This document shows, piece by piece, positions 39,838 to 50,260 of a stretch of DNA of 64,000 bases. Both the position numbers and the translations under genes were made by a program. Numbering within the stretch: position 1 is the first letter of the stretch; the number at the start of each line of letters is the position of its first letter. Source of the stretch: Candidatus Poribacteria bacterium (GTDB taxonomy: Bacteria > Poribacteria > WGA-4E > PCPOR2b); NCBI GenBank assembly GCA_965218095.1, contig OZ244587.1, positions 4,576,001 through 4,640,000 on the forward strand, read 5' to 3'. The notes under the pieces were generated by a model that was given only the letters and a program-made list of their open reading frames with translations, did not search any database and had not been told where the DNA came from.

Positions 39838-40876
39838 ATGAATCGAATAAACATCTCAAGAGTTGCTTCGATCGTATTTAGAATGACGCTAGTTGCTCTG
39901 TATAAGTGGTGTAGTTCCCTTGACAAACTTTCAAGCGCAAGTGCACTCAAAGGTGCAGATTGCTTTTGTCTCCGAGCGAAATGGGAACCGTGAAATCTAT
40001 GTGATGGATGGACGTGGGAAGAATCTCCGCAACCTGACAAACCATCCTGCGACTCACGGCGATCCAGTGTGGTCTCCTGGTAGTCGAGAGATTGCCTTCA
40101 GGCGGGAAAGGGATGAACAGGATGGGCACCACGGGAAACCGGCTATCTAACCGGCTATCTATGTGATGCGCGCTGATGGGAAGAACGTCCGTAAATTGAC
40201 AAACGATCCCGCCGGTGCTGTCCACCCCGCCTGGTCCCCTGATGGCCGTTAGATTGCCTTCTCATCCTTTCGAGATGGGGATTCAGGACCCCAAATCTAT
40301 GTAATGAAAGCTGATGGCACAAACGTCCGCAGGCTCACAGACCATCCTGCATTGGATTACTTTCCCGTCTGGTCCCCTGATGGTGGCAGGATTGCCTTTC
40401 AATCGGATCGAGACTGGGGCATAAGGCTGGACGATGACATCTATGTGATGGATGCCAATGGCAAGAAAATCCAAAACTTGACAAAACACCTTGGACGCGA
40501 CCGACATCCCGCATGGTCGCCAAACGGTCGCCAGATTGCGTTTTCCTCCATACGAGTCGGAAATTTTGGCAACGGAAACTACGACATTTACGTCATGGAT
40601 GCCAATGGGAAAAACGTCCGCCGTATGACAGAAGATCGAAGCGATGATATTCTGCCAGCCTGGTCACCTAACGGCCAAAAGATCGCCTTTTCCTCAAGAC
40701 GGGAGGGGAATTTTGACATGTATGTGATGAATGCCGATGGAACAAACGTCCGCCAGCTCACAAACCACCCAGCAGATGACTGGGGACCAACCTTTGGTTT
40801 CACTGTTGCCCTCTCTGTTTCCTCTTCAGGCAAATGGGCAACGAGATGGGGGAGGCTGAAGCAGATCCGCAAATAA
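39838..40876 (+). pseudogene. TolB/PD40-repeat secreted protein pseudogene with C-terminal putative sorting motif
   Basis: WSPDG..IAF repeats; frameshift near 39895, TAA 40148, TAG 40250; ends LSVSSSGKWATRWGRLKQIRK. Confidence 0.85.
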
Positions 40877-41033
40877 ATTCGCACCAAATCGTCAGTAGCT
40901 GATGTGAAGAGTTTGCCCAATTCCGTGCAACAGCGGCGCTCTGAACGGTGAAGACGTCGCTTTTGAGGCTGGCACACACCTTGCAATTTCATGTCTCCGA
41001 TTTACACTCCATGCGTAAGGATGTAATTTTGTC

Positions 41034-41939
41034 ATGAAGTTGCCAACAGTTGCTATCGGCTCGCACCGGATAAGCCGATTAATCATCGGTGGAAACCCAT
41101 ATAGCGGCATTTCCCATCATTCCCCCGCGAAGTCGAAGGAGATGGAGGATTACTACACCGCAGATCGGATGATGGCAGACCTACGGGAAGCGGAACGGTG
41201 CGGAATTAACACTGTCTTGGCGCGGGCGGACCGGCATATCATGCGGGTTTTGAACGAGTATCGAAACGCTGGTGGTCGGATTCAGTGGATTGCGCAGACG
41301 GCAAAAGGGAGTGAGTATGCCGACCTGATGGAGCATATTCGACGAATCGCTCGCTACCAGCCGATTGCCATCTACCATCATGGTGGCACTACAGATCAAC
41401 TCTACGATGCTGGAAAACTAGGTGATACGTTGCACGATGCGTTGAAACTGATCCGAGAGCTCGGCTTTGCTTCTGGTTTGGGGACGCATGACCCATCCAT
41501 TCTAAAAGAGTGCGACGATGAAGGCTACGACGTCGATTTCTACGTCTGTGCGCTTTACAATCACACCCGCCATCGTGAGATGTACCTCCACACAGATCGA
41601 GATACAGCGATTGCAGCAATTCAAACTGTAAATCTTCCGGTGATTGCGATTAAAGTCCTCGCCGCCGGGCGAAGTCAGCCGCTACCGGCGTTTCGATTTG
41701 CGCTCGAAGGTATCAAGCCAATTGACGCAATCGCGGTCGGGATGTATACAAATCGTCAGCCAGATCAGGTCTGCGACAACGTAACGGCGGTTGCTCATCT
41801 AATCCAAGAACAGAAAAAAAGGAGAGTCCATGAAACGCATTTTAGAACCCGAAGTGATGGACACCCGCGAGGAAGCGGAAGCATACAACGCAATGGATCA
41901 CACCGAAGTCAACACGGCATTTGTGGAGCGCGTGGTTGA
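41034..41939 (+). CDS. Aldo/keto reductase-like hypothetical protein (3' end overlaps next gene)
   Basis: SRLIIGGNP, IAIYHHG, IAIKVLAAGR. Confidence 0.7.
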   Translation: MKLPTVAIGSHRISRLIIGGNPYSGISHHSPAKSKEMEDYYTADRMMADLREAERCGINTVLARADRHIMRVLNEYRNAGGRIQWIAQTAKGSEYADLMEHIRRIARYQPIAIYHHGGTTDQLYDAGKLGDTLHDALKLIRELGFASGLGTHDPSILKECDDEGYDVDFYVCALYNHTRHREMYLHTDRDTAIAAIQTVNLPVIAIKVLAAGRSQPLPAFRFALEGIKPIDAIAVGMYTNRQPDQVCDNVTAVAHLIQEQKKRRVHETHFRTRSDGHPRGSGSIQRNGSHRSQHGICGARG

Positions 41940-42489
41940 ACTCGGTGCGAGCGAAGGGCATTTTCTAGACATCGGGACAGGGCCCGCCCAAATTGCCATC
42001 TTTTTAGCCCAGCGCTGCCCAAAGATCCGGATTACGGCTATCGATCTCTCAGTAAACATGCTCAAACTTGGCGGGAAGCATGTCGCTGAAGCTGGATTGG
42101 CGGATCGGATCTCATTGGAACATGTCGATGCGAAAGACCTGTCCTATTCCGATCAATCCTTTGACGGCGTGATTTCCAACAGCATTATCCACCACCTGCG
42201 AGACCCGATTCCTGCCTTCCGCGGAATAAGCCACGTCATTTGTCCCGGTGGTCTAATCCTCATCCGCGATCTGATGCGTCCCGAAACTCCCGACGCCGCC
42301 CTGGCACTTGTTGATTGTTACGCAGCAAACGACACGCCCTACCAAAAGAAGCTGTTCTACGATTCCTTCCTTGCCTCTCTCACCCTCCCTGAAATCGAAG
42401 CCATGCTTGCCCAGGTAGACCTACCCGGCACCGTTGTCGTTCAGAGTTCAGATCGGCATTGGTCTATCGAGCGCCCTGCAAATGATTAG
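41830..42489 (+). CDS. Class I SAM-dependent methyltransferase
   Basis: RILEPEVMD, LDIGTGPA, SNSIIHHL. Confidence 0.9.
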   Translation: MKRILEPEVMDTREEAEAYNAMDHTEVNTAFVERVVELGASEGHFLDIGTGPAQIAIFLAQRCPKIRITAIDLSVNMLKLGGKHVAEAGLADRISLEHVDAKDLSYSDQSFDGVISNSIIHHLRDPIPAFRGISHVICPGGLILIRDLMRPETPDAALALVDCYAANDTPYQKKLFYDSFLASLTLPEIEAMLAQVDLPGTVVVQSSDRHWSIERPAND

Positions 42490-42568
42490 GTCATATTTGA
42501 AGTTTTTTTCACTTCCAATTTTTTCCTTTGTGTGATAAAATAAATGAAAACGTGTAACAGGAGCAGCA

Positions 42569-43903
42569 ATGAAACCGGCTCGATTTCTCCGTAAACTCCG
42601 TCTCCCAGGCATAGTGCTTCTGGCTTTACTGATCGCTGGAATAGGAACGGGTTACTATCTGACTCGCCGGTATTCTAAAGAATGGAATTACTGGAAAAAC
42701 CTCCCCGGATCGGAGAAAAGTTTAGCTATTGAATTAGAGATTGAACGTTTCTGGCATCGGATTTTCCCACCTTCCCCTCAGCCTGAACGCTACGCCCATG
42801 TGACAGCGGAAAAATTGGAGAACTCTATACATCTTGGCGCGAATTGGATTCTCGCTATGCAAGAGCATCACGGGCGGTTTCAATACTGGTATAATCCCGT
42901 TGGCGACGAGTTCAGTAGTAAGAGTAATGATAACTTTTTGCGCCAGGCAGGCACCTCATTCTCGCTGGTGCTAGCTTATGAAATGACAGGAGAACCCCGT
43001 TATTTGAAGGCGGCGCGCCGGAGTGTCCAGTACTTATTGACATTCACAGAACAACTTGACGCTGACAAAGCTTACTTCCTTTTCTACAGAAAAGCGAAGC
43101 TAGGCGGAATTAGCCTTCCAATGTTAACCATGCTCAAAATTCGTCAGCTTACGGGGACCACCGAATTCGATGAGATCTTGACGAAATTGGCAAACATGAT
43201 CCTGTTTCTACAAGAAAAATATAATAGCGGACAATATAAAAGCACGTATGTATATCGCGGCGATTACGAATATGAAAAAAACTCCGGTTGGGAATCGAAG
43301 ATTTATCCCGGTGAGGCGCTTTTTGCGTTAGCAAACATGTATCGAGCTTTTGGGGATAGGCGCTATAAGCAGAGTATGGACTGGGCGTTAGAATTCTATT
43401 ATCTCGAAAAATGGAAGTCCCATGCGTTTCTCCCCTGGACAATTTCCGCTTTCACTTCCCTTTATGAGCAGACAGGTGAACAGAAATACGCCGATTATGT
43501 TTTCTTCTTGAGCGATCACCTGCTGACGCAGCAAAATTTAGATAGTGATGATGAGGCTTATGGCAGTTTTCATGGATTACCCTCCGCCAATACAGGAAGT
43601 TACATGGAAGGGCTGGGCGATGCCATTCATCTCGCACGACTGACACGAGATGAACACCGATTACGCCTTTATCAGGAACGCGCCAAAATGGGATACCGCT
43701 GGTTAGTGATGCTGCAATACACAGCATCCGATATTGCCGATTTGGAGCGTCCTGAACTGGCGATTGGTGGTTTTCGGAAGACCCTCACTGATTTTCAATT
43801 ACGGATTGATAACACCCAACATGCGATTAGCGCTTTTGCGAAAGGCTTACGCTTCGTTTTTGGGGCACAGCCCGCCGTGCAAGCTGTAGATCGCTTCCAA
43901 TAG
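42569..43903 (+). CDS. Membrane-anchored (alpha/alpha)6-barrel-like protein
   Basis: N-terminal TM; NFLRQAG, IYPGEA, RIDNTQH. Confidence 0.7.
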   Translation: MKPARFLRKLRLPGIVLLALLIAGIGTGYYLTRRYSKEWNYWKNLPGSEKSLAIELEIERFWHRIFPPSPQPERYAHVTAEKLENSIHLGANWILAMQEHHGRFQYWYNPVGDEFSSKSNDNFLRQAGTSFSLVLAYEMTGEPRYLKAARRSVQYLLTFTEQLDADKAYFLFYRKAKLGGISLPMLTMLKIRQLTGTTEFDEILTKLANMILFLQEKYNSGQYKSTYVYRGDYEYEKNSGWESKIYPGEALFALANMYRAFGDRRYKQSMDWALEFYYLEKWKSHAFLPWTISAFTSLYEQTGEQKYADYVFFLSDHLLTQQNLDSDDEAYGSFHGLPSANTGSYMEGLGDAIHLARLTRDEHRLRLYQERAKMGYRWLVMLQYTASDIADLERPELAIGGFRKTLTDFQLRIDNTQHAISAFAKGLRFVFGAQPAVQAVDRFQ

Positions 43904-43909
43904 GATGTC

Positions 43910-45151
43910 ATGAACGAAAACAATGCGAATCGAACGATGCAAACAAAAAACTGGTTATTTCACATAGTCTTAGTGGCAGGGACGCTAAGTCTGGTCACGT
44001 TCTTTGTCTTACTGGTGGCCTCCTGTCGTTCCGAGCAACCCAGGCGACTGAACCGTGCGATTCTTGACCGTTCACTTGAACTTGGGACTCAGTTTATGAT
44101 CAATCACCAGAAGCCGGAGGGAAATTTTGACTACGAGTACGATTGGATTAAAAAGACCTACACGCCTGGCGACTTTCAGGTTCGGCAGGCTGGGGCGATG
44201 TGGGGTTTGGCGCTGATATATAACGATCAGCCAGATCCGAAAGTTGGGGAAGTCGTAGAGAAAGCGATGGACTTCTTCGCACAAAAGTCAAAGCTTACGC
44301 CCGATGGTCTCCGCTATGTAGTCTATCCAGGGACTGATTTCGGAAGTACAGGGACTGTGGCGCTTTGTGCGCTAGCGCATATTGACTACCTGCGTGCTGC
44401 CAAGCCCAGAATCGCCGAAGAGAAATTCCAGAAATACCAAGACCTTCTCGAAGAGTATCTCGAATTTCTCATCAAGGCGCGTATACAAACGGAACCAAAG
44501 GCTGGACTTTGGCATCGAAGCTACAGCATCTCCAGCGGACACCCCTACGGTCAGTCCTCCCCCTACTTTGACGGTGAATCCCTACTCGCACTGGTTAAAG
44601 CAGCAAAGTATATGGGGCGTGAAGATTTGCGCCCAATTATCATCGCTTCGGCTGATGCCGGCTATCGACATAATATTCAAGAAGCTCTTCGGGATGATCC
44701 GGATTCAGACATCACGAAGGGTTACTATCAATGGAGCTCCATGAGTTTTTTCGAGATTGCCACTAGTAGCTGGGAGGGGGTGGAAAAGTACGGGGATTAC
44801 CTCATCGATCTCGCTGACTGGATGATCGACGTTCACGAGACGCTAAGACGGAGGCGCAACACCGGTTATGCTTATGAGGGAATTATCCACGCTTATCAAC
44901 TAGCTGTGCAACGCAACGATACCCGGCATGTCAAGAAATTCGCCGGCGTTATCAATACCGGTTTGGCAAAATTAACTTCATGGCAGGTCGGTAGTCCACT
45001 AATGAACAAGTTTATCCGCAGCCATCCCACGGACGATCCGCTTGCGATAGGTGGCATACAGAATCATCGCCGCGAATCTCCTCTGCGCATTGATGTAACA
45101 CAACACCAGATGCATGCGGTTATTCTCGCTCGCCGTTATGTGTACAAATAA
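43910..45151 (+). CDS. Paralogous (alpha/alpha)6-barrel-like lipoprotein
   Basis: Lipobox VASC; QVRQAG, YFDGES, RIDVTQH. Confidence 0.7.
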   Translation: MNENNANRTMQTKNWLFHIVLVAGTLSLVTFFVLLVASCRSEQPRRLNRAILDRSLELGTQFMINHQKPEGNFDYEYDWIKKTYTPGDFQVRQAGAMWGLALIYNDQPDPKVGEVVEKAMDFFAQKSKLTPDGLRYVVYPGTDFGSTGTVALCALAHIDYLRAAKPRIAEEKFQKYQDLLEEYLEFLIKARIQTEPKAGLWHRSYSISSGHPYGQSSPYFDGESLLALVKAAKYMGREDLRPIIIASADAGYRHNIQEALRDDPDSDITKGYYQWSSMSFFEIATSSWEGVEKYGDYLIDLADWMIDVHETLRRRRNTGYAYEGIIHAYQLAVQRNDTRHVKKFAGVINTGLAKLTSWQVGSPLMNKFIRSHPTDDPLAIGGIQNHRRESPLRIDVTQHQMHAVILARRYVYK

Positions 45152-45170
45152 TTTTTTTTGTCTTTTATTG

Positions 45171-45199
45171 TTGACAAAGTTTTTGAGGTGTGCTATACT
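45171..45199 (+). promoter_or_regulatory. sigma70 promoter of dprA
   Basis: TTGACA-N17-TATACT with extended TG. Confidence 0.7.
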
Positions 45200-45364
45200 T
45201 GCGCTGTCATTCCGATATGGAGTGCAATAAGTGCTGTTTGACATGTGTGAAAAAGCGTGACGACAAGGTTTGACTTTGTGAAACGAGCTTCAAATTTATT
45301 CGATGAATTTGTAAGACGTGTCAAACCGCAATGGAGTCAGAGCTTTGAGGCCATATAATGAGTT

Positions 45365-46303
45365 ATGTCCGGACGAGAATTTTGGTTCGCGCTCGCATCA
45401 GTAGAAGGTGTCGGCCCAATGCGAATTAAGCGATTGCTCAATCGCTTTGGGACAATTGAGGCAGTCTTTGATGCAGATCTCTCCGAGATTGCGCGGGTAC
45501 CGCTCTTTAACCCACTGTTGGCGGCACGGGTTCTAAAGGCAAGGATACGGGCTGCTGAATTCCGCCGTCAGATCAAGTGGTTCAACAGTCGTGGTATCGA
45601 AATTCTCTCTCTTGAAGATCCGGATTATCCCGAACAACTCAAGAAAATCCCGGACGCACCGGTGATCCTTTGCAAAAAAGGGAGTTCATCTCAGTTCAGC
45701 CAGCCGGCTGTCGCTATTGTCGGTACGACGAACCCCACAGAGTTAGGAATCCTGACAACGCTTGAACTGTCAACAATCCTTGTTCAAGCAGGATTTACCA
45801 TCGTCAGTGGGCTCGCCAAAGGAATTGACACCGCTGCTCATTTTGGAGCATTATCAGCAAACGGCACAACTGTTGGTGTTCTGGGGTGTGATCTGTTTTC
45901 AATCTATCCGAGTGAAAACCGCGAACTTGCAGATCGGATCTGTGAGAATGGCGCTTTATTTTCGGAACACCCTTTTACGATACAACCCACGCCCGTAAAT
46001 CTGATTCTTCGGAATCGGATTATTAGTGGGCTTTCAATGGGGACAATTGTTATTGAATCCGGTGAAAACGGTGGTGCGATTCGCACTGCAACGTTTGCCC
46101 TGGAACAAGATCGTTTCGTGTTTGCTTGTGATTGGCAGGGTCAGTATCGATTGAGTGAGGGTCCACGCAGCCTTATTCAACAAGGCGCGTATCCGATCTC
46201 ACCCAATCGATTGGAGGATGTCGTTGACATCTTGTTGAACCCTGATAGCTTGAAAAAGGTTGAACGGGCTAACCTTACAGGTGAACAGATGAAGTTGTTC
46301 TAG
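45365..46303 (+). CDS. dprA: DNA-processing protein DprA
   Basis: VAIVGT, IVSGLAKGIDTAAH, RNRIISGLS. Confidence 0.95.
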   Translation: MSGREFWFALASVEGVGPMRIKRLLNRFGTIEAVFDADLSEIARVPLFNPLLAARVLKARIRAAEFRRQIKWFNSRGIEILSLEDPDYPEQLKKIPDAPVILCKKGSSSQFSQPAVAIVGTTNPTELGILTTLELSTILVQAGFTIVSGLAKGIDTAAHFGALSANGTTVGVLGCDLFSIYPSENRELADRICENGALFSEHPFTIQPTPVNLILRNRIISGLSMGTIVIESGENGGAIRTATFALEQDRFVFACDWQGQYRLSEGPRSLIQQGAYPISPNRLEDVVDILLNPDSLKKVERANLTGEQMKLF

Positions 46304-46383
46304 GAATGCAAAGGCTGGATTCAGTCCTTTGAAAAAAAAATATTGGGAAACCAAATTTTGATGAAAAAATGTGAAGATTTCTC

Positions 46384-46412
46384 TTTACAAAATTCACAAA
46401 ATTTGGTAGAAT
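46384..46412 (+). promoter_or_regulatory. Putative sigma70 promoter, about 280 nt upstream of the lipoprotein gene
   Basis: TTTACA-N17-TAGAAT. Confidence 0.5.
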
Positions 46413-46690
46413 TTTAACATTGTGCAACGTGGGAATCCTACTATTCAATATTCCAATATTGAAAATCAGGGGGATTCGTCACTAATGATAAGCGCAAAAA
46501 CTAAAGCGCCGTTTTTATCCATGTATCGGTGCTGGATTTTTTTGAATCTATATTTGGATGCGGTTTCATTCGCGACTTAATCTTATTAGAAAGTTGTATG
46601 AATTTGCGCGACTCGCTATCAAGAGAAGGTCACGAGAAGTGCATACTGCACAAGATCTATAAACCCCTATTTAGGAGGAGCAACAAAACA

Positions 46691-47440
46691 ATGTATCAAA
46701 TCACGCAGCACAAATTCTGGGGAGCATTAGCTCTCATAATGTCTATCATGTTAGTTGTCTTCATGGTCGCCTGCGGTGACGACGATGATGATGATAATGA
46801 CACCGGAGACGACGACGATGATGATAACAACAATAACAACAATGATGCTGGGGAGCCACCACCACCCAAGGCGACAACAGTCACTGGAGATCCTGCGCCC
46901 GGCGGTGCGGCAATTCCATCGAATACCGAATTCAAACTCACGTTTGACCAGGGCGTCAAGAGCGCTACTATTAATGGTGGACCCACTGTGGGATCGGGAC
47001 TTAGCTTTAGCGGGCCAGCGCCAGACATTGCAAGCGGCCAGAGCGCAATCCTTAAAATCGCGTGGGTAAACAGAGACGACAGCCCCGGCAGTGCAACTCT
47101 TGGCCCTTATACAATTGAAGACCCGGATGAGCAGGCGCCAGAGGTTCAAGATAGTACAGTGAACAATGGGGATGATGCGGTTGATCCAGCGGCGGTCAAT
47201 GCCAGTGGTATCAACGTGAATTTCACCGAAGATGTTACAGGCTCCATTAAACTCACCCTGGAGGATGGGACTGACAACAAGTGGAGTGGGAACGTCGCAG
47301 GTCGGACAGCGAGCCTTACTGTTGTCGCAGGGCAGGAACTCGCCAACGAGACAGCGTATAAGGTTGAGATCGACGTTAAGGATGGTGCGGGTAATGTAAC
47401 GAAACTCACAATTGAGTTCACCACCAAACCCAAAGACTAA
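46691..47440 (+). CDS. Lipoprotein with D/N-rich linker and two Ig-like domains
   Basis: RBS AGGAGG, lipobox VAC, Big-type beta-rich repeats, DGAGN. Confidence 0.8.
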   Translation: MYQITQHKFWGALALIMSIMLVVFMVACGDDDDDDNDTGDDDDDDNNNNNNDAGEPPPPKATTVTGDPAPGGAAIPSNTEFKLTFDQGVKSATINGGPTVGSGLSFSGPAPDIASGQSAILKIAWVNRDDSPGSATLGPYTIEDPDEQAPEVQDSTVNNGDDAVDPAAVNASGINVNFTEDVTGSIKLTLEDGTDNKWSGNVAGRTASLTVVAGQELANETAYKVEIDVKDGAGNVTKLTIEFTTKPKD

Positions 47441-47475
47441 ATCAAACCATTTCGTTTAAGGTTCCAATGTTTGAC

Positions 47476-47512
47476 AAAGGGCAACATGTCACAGACATGT
47501 TGCCCTTTTTTT
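47476..47512 (+). terminator. Intrinsic terminator
   Basis: AAAGGGCAACATGTC-ACA-GACATGTTGCCC-T7. Confidence 0.9.
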
Positions 47513-47644
47513 GGGTGCCGGTGAGTCGGCTTACATTGCAGGTGGGCTATCGTCCACATGGTCGGCAATCATGTTTTCATCGGTCCGGGCGTGACGTTCC
47601 TCTGGCGCCCACCCTGTCCTCTTTCCACGCGTTGACAGTGAGGT

Positions 47645-48466
47645 TTACTGGTATCGCGTTTCGGGATGGAATCGGTGATCGCCCAACACCTTGAGCAGGC
47701 GTTCGCTTGCATCCTCAAGGAGATGTTTGGGCATCTTGTATTTGATGTAGGTATTGTAACGTGGAAAGGGCCATCTCGTTCCGTATTGCTGCTGGAACAG
47801 ATAGCGGACGCGATTCGACTAGTTTGGTGTCCCGCGATGCCAGCATTGCGGATTGTGCAGGTAGATGTCACCTGCCTTGCAAGGGACTGACACCGGGCCT
47901 CGTCCTTCAAATTCCGGCGTTTCTGTTTTCGGCGGCTGTCGGCCGGAATAATGGCTGCCTGGGACGTACTGCGACGGCCCATGGTCAATTGATTCGATGT
48001 CCGTCAGCGGAACCTGCACGGTCAGCCACAAGATCGGTAGATCAATGCGCGGATCGTGGCGGGGGACGTCGTCTATCAGTGGAAAAAACAGGGCGTCATC
48101 CACATGCCACCGGTCTATCGCGTTGGTGTGGTCAGTTCTCAGCACGTTCATGCCGCACTGCTGGCAGTCCGGCCCAAAAATCGCTTCCATCAGACTGATA
48201 ATCGGCTCACGAACTAGCATATCACAGAAGGTGCGGTCCAGTTCATTAAGGTGCCAGAGGATGAAGTGATTTTCCCGTAAGTGGCCGCTCTGAATCATTT
48301 CGGGGTCATCGAACAGTTCGTCGGTCTTCTCTCGAAGCGCTTCCATTTCGTCTTGTTCAAGTACATTCGGAATCAGGACAAACCCCTCTCGTTTGAAATC
48401 GCGGATGATTTCACGAGTGCGTTCTTCACTGAAAGGCTTTCCGTTTTTAATCGGGCTTCGATTCAA
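47645..48466 (-). pseudogene. PhyH family dioxygenase with one in-frame TAG (47819-47821)
   Basis: WHVD, WHRGTPN*SNRVRY...; the frame stays open to TAA at 47645. Confidence 0.8.
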
Positions 48467-48626
48467 GTGATTATCCTCCTCTGTTTTCTAACCCCGATCT
48501 TTAATCGGGGTTCAGCAGGGAATGTGCTTCGCAGTTGGCTGTCAAATCCGCCCACCCAAAAGACTCTGTTTTGTTAGAAGCCTTCCCAAGGTTTACTAGG
48601 AACTCATTGTGGGTAGTTTCTTGGAA

Positions 48627-48695
48627 GTCTAATAGAGCGCAGCGAAGAATCTCCTCGTTAAGGTGCAAGAGATCCGTCCCTTCGTTGAGGCTGAC
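48627..48695. repeat. Degenerate GAGCGCAGCGAAGAATCTC-type palindromic repeat
   Basis: GAGCGCAGCGAAGAATCTC...GAGATCC..CTTCG.TGAGGCTGAC. Confidence 0.5.
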
Positions 48696-48782
48696 GGGAG
48701 AAGCGCGCGTTCTACTCGCTATAAGTTCAAGCCTAAAAAGTATTATGTCCTTTGCTCCAGGGACGAAGTTCAGCCTCAAACA

Positions 48783-48848
48783 AGTCTATCAATTTTTCCG
48801 CCTTGTGTCAATCATTTTTATTGACATACCTCTGCAATCGGATATAAT
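48783..48848. promoter_or_regulatory. Divergent sigma70 promoter pair
   Basis: Minus: TTGACA(48811)-N17-TAGACT; plus: TTGACA(48821)-N16-TATAAT. Confidence 0.65.
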
Positions 48849-48995
48849 ATCCAACAATGGAGAAGCAGGGTATGGGTGAATCGACGGGGCTACGAATCTT
48901 CTTACGTTTCACGCATCACACCTCACGCTTCGCGCTTCAGCCCATACTTGAGCCTAGCAACACTACCCAAAAGAAAACCGGAGGAAGAAAAAACC

Positions 48996-50036
48996 ATGCC
49001 GAATCGATATTGTGTCTGTATTATCGGATGTGGCAGAATGGGTGGAACCATTGACGAAGAGGTGAAAGGGGGGCCGAATGGGGCATTGCCATATTCTCAT
49101 GCCGCCGGATATACAGCTTACGAGCGAACAACTATCGTTGCAGCGTCAGATGTCGTCGAGGAAAAGGCAAAGTATGTCTGCTCGAAGTGGAATATCCCCA
49201 AACAGTATGCTGACTACCGGGAGATGATCGAGAAAGAACAACCGGATATTGTGAGCGTGGCAACTCGCCCCGGAAATCATGCAGAAATCACCATCTTCGC
49301 GGTAGAACACGGGGTGAAGGGGATTTACTGTGATAAGCCGCTGTGTGCGTCGATGGACGAAGCGGATGCCATGTATGACGCTTGCGAGCGGTATAGGGTG
49401 AAATTTAATTTGGGAACGCAGCGCCGGTTCTCCCCTGGTTATATCAAGATGCGAGAGATTGTCGAGAGTGGCGAGATAGGCGAGCGGCGTTCGGTCATCG
49501 CCTATTCCGGCGGTTCGGCGCTTTGGGGATATACGCATGCCGCAGATATGCTCCTCTTTTTAGCAAGCGATTCTGAAGTGGAATACGTCCAGGGTAACGT
49601 TGCCGTTGATGACGCTGACTTCGAGGACAACCGCACCGAATCTGACCCCGGCATCGTTATGGGGTACGTCCGATTCAAAAATGGCGCCCATGGGGTCAGT
49701 ATCCCAGGAAGTGCATACGAATTTGAAGTCGATTGCAGCGACGGAATGGTACGGTCGCTGAATAACGGATCGGGGTTCCAACTGCGCAGACGAGGGGGAC
49801 AATTCAATGAGATATTGGATCCCGAATATCCACCCTTTGAGCGGAAAAGTGGTACTGTCGGCTGCATTGAGGATATCGTCGAGGCGATTGAAACCGGTCG
49901 AGAGACGAAAGGAAATATCCGCCTGGCACGTATCAGCACAGAAATCACTTTCGGCATCGTTGATTCACAACGCCAAAAAGGCGCCCAGGTAAGTATGCCG
50001 ATGGAAAACCGATCGCTGTATCTGGGACGGTGGTAG
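48996..50036 (+). CDS. Gfo/Idh/MocA oxidoreductase
   Basis: IIGCGRMG, PDIVSVAT, YCDKP; RBS GGAGG. Confidence 0.9.
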   Translation: MPNRYCVCIIGCGRMGGTIDEEVKGGPNGALPYSHAAGYTAYERTTIVAASDVVEEKAKYVCSKWNIPKQYADYREMIEKEQPDIVSVATRPGNHAEITIFAVEHGVKGIYCDKPLCASMDEADAMYDACERYRVKFNLGTQRRFSPGYIKMREIVESGEIGERRSVIAYSGGSALWGYTHAADMLLFLASDSEVEYVQGNVAVDDADFEDNRTESDPGIVMGYVRFKNGAHGVSIPGSAYEFEVDCSDGMVRSLNNGSGFQLRRRGGQFNEILDPEYPPFERKSGTVGCIEDIVEAIETGRETKGNIRLARISTEITFGIVDSQRQKGAQVSMPMENRSLYLGRW

Positions 50037-50148
50037 CAATAGGCAAAATAGCGAATAGGCGAATGGATGGAATTTGCAGTTTCGCGAATTGACTCATCAC
50101 TCACCGAGAAAGAAAATGAGTAACCGTTCAGGTAGTGACAACGAAGAC

Positions 50149-50260
50149 AGGCTTTGACGCAATCTAACAGATTGCGTTACAAGCCTAACACTTACGCATG
50201 TTGTAACGCAAATCCCGATGCTGTAATCCCAATCTTTCGATTGTGAACAACGTCGGGACT
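50149..50260. repeat. REP-like palindromes
   Basis: ACGCAATCT-AAC-AGATTGCGTTACA and an inverted TGTAACGCAA partner. Confidence 0.5.

Noticed and set aside
46413-46690. c-di-GMP or other riboswitch in the lipoprotein leader
   Set aside because: One hairpin and a GCGCAAAA fragment only; required conserved elements not found
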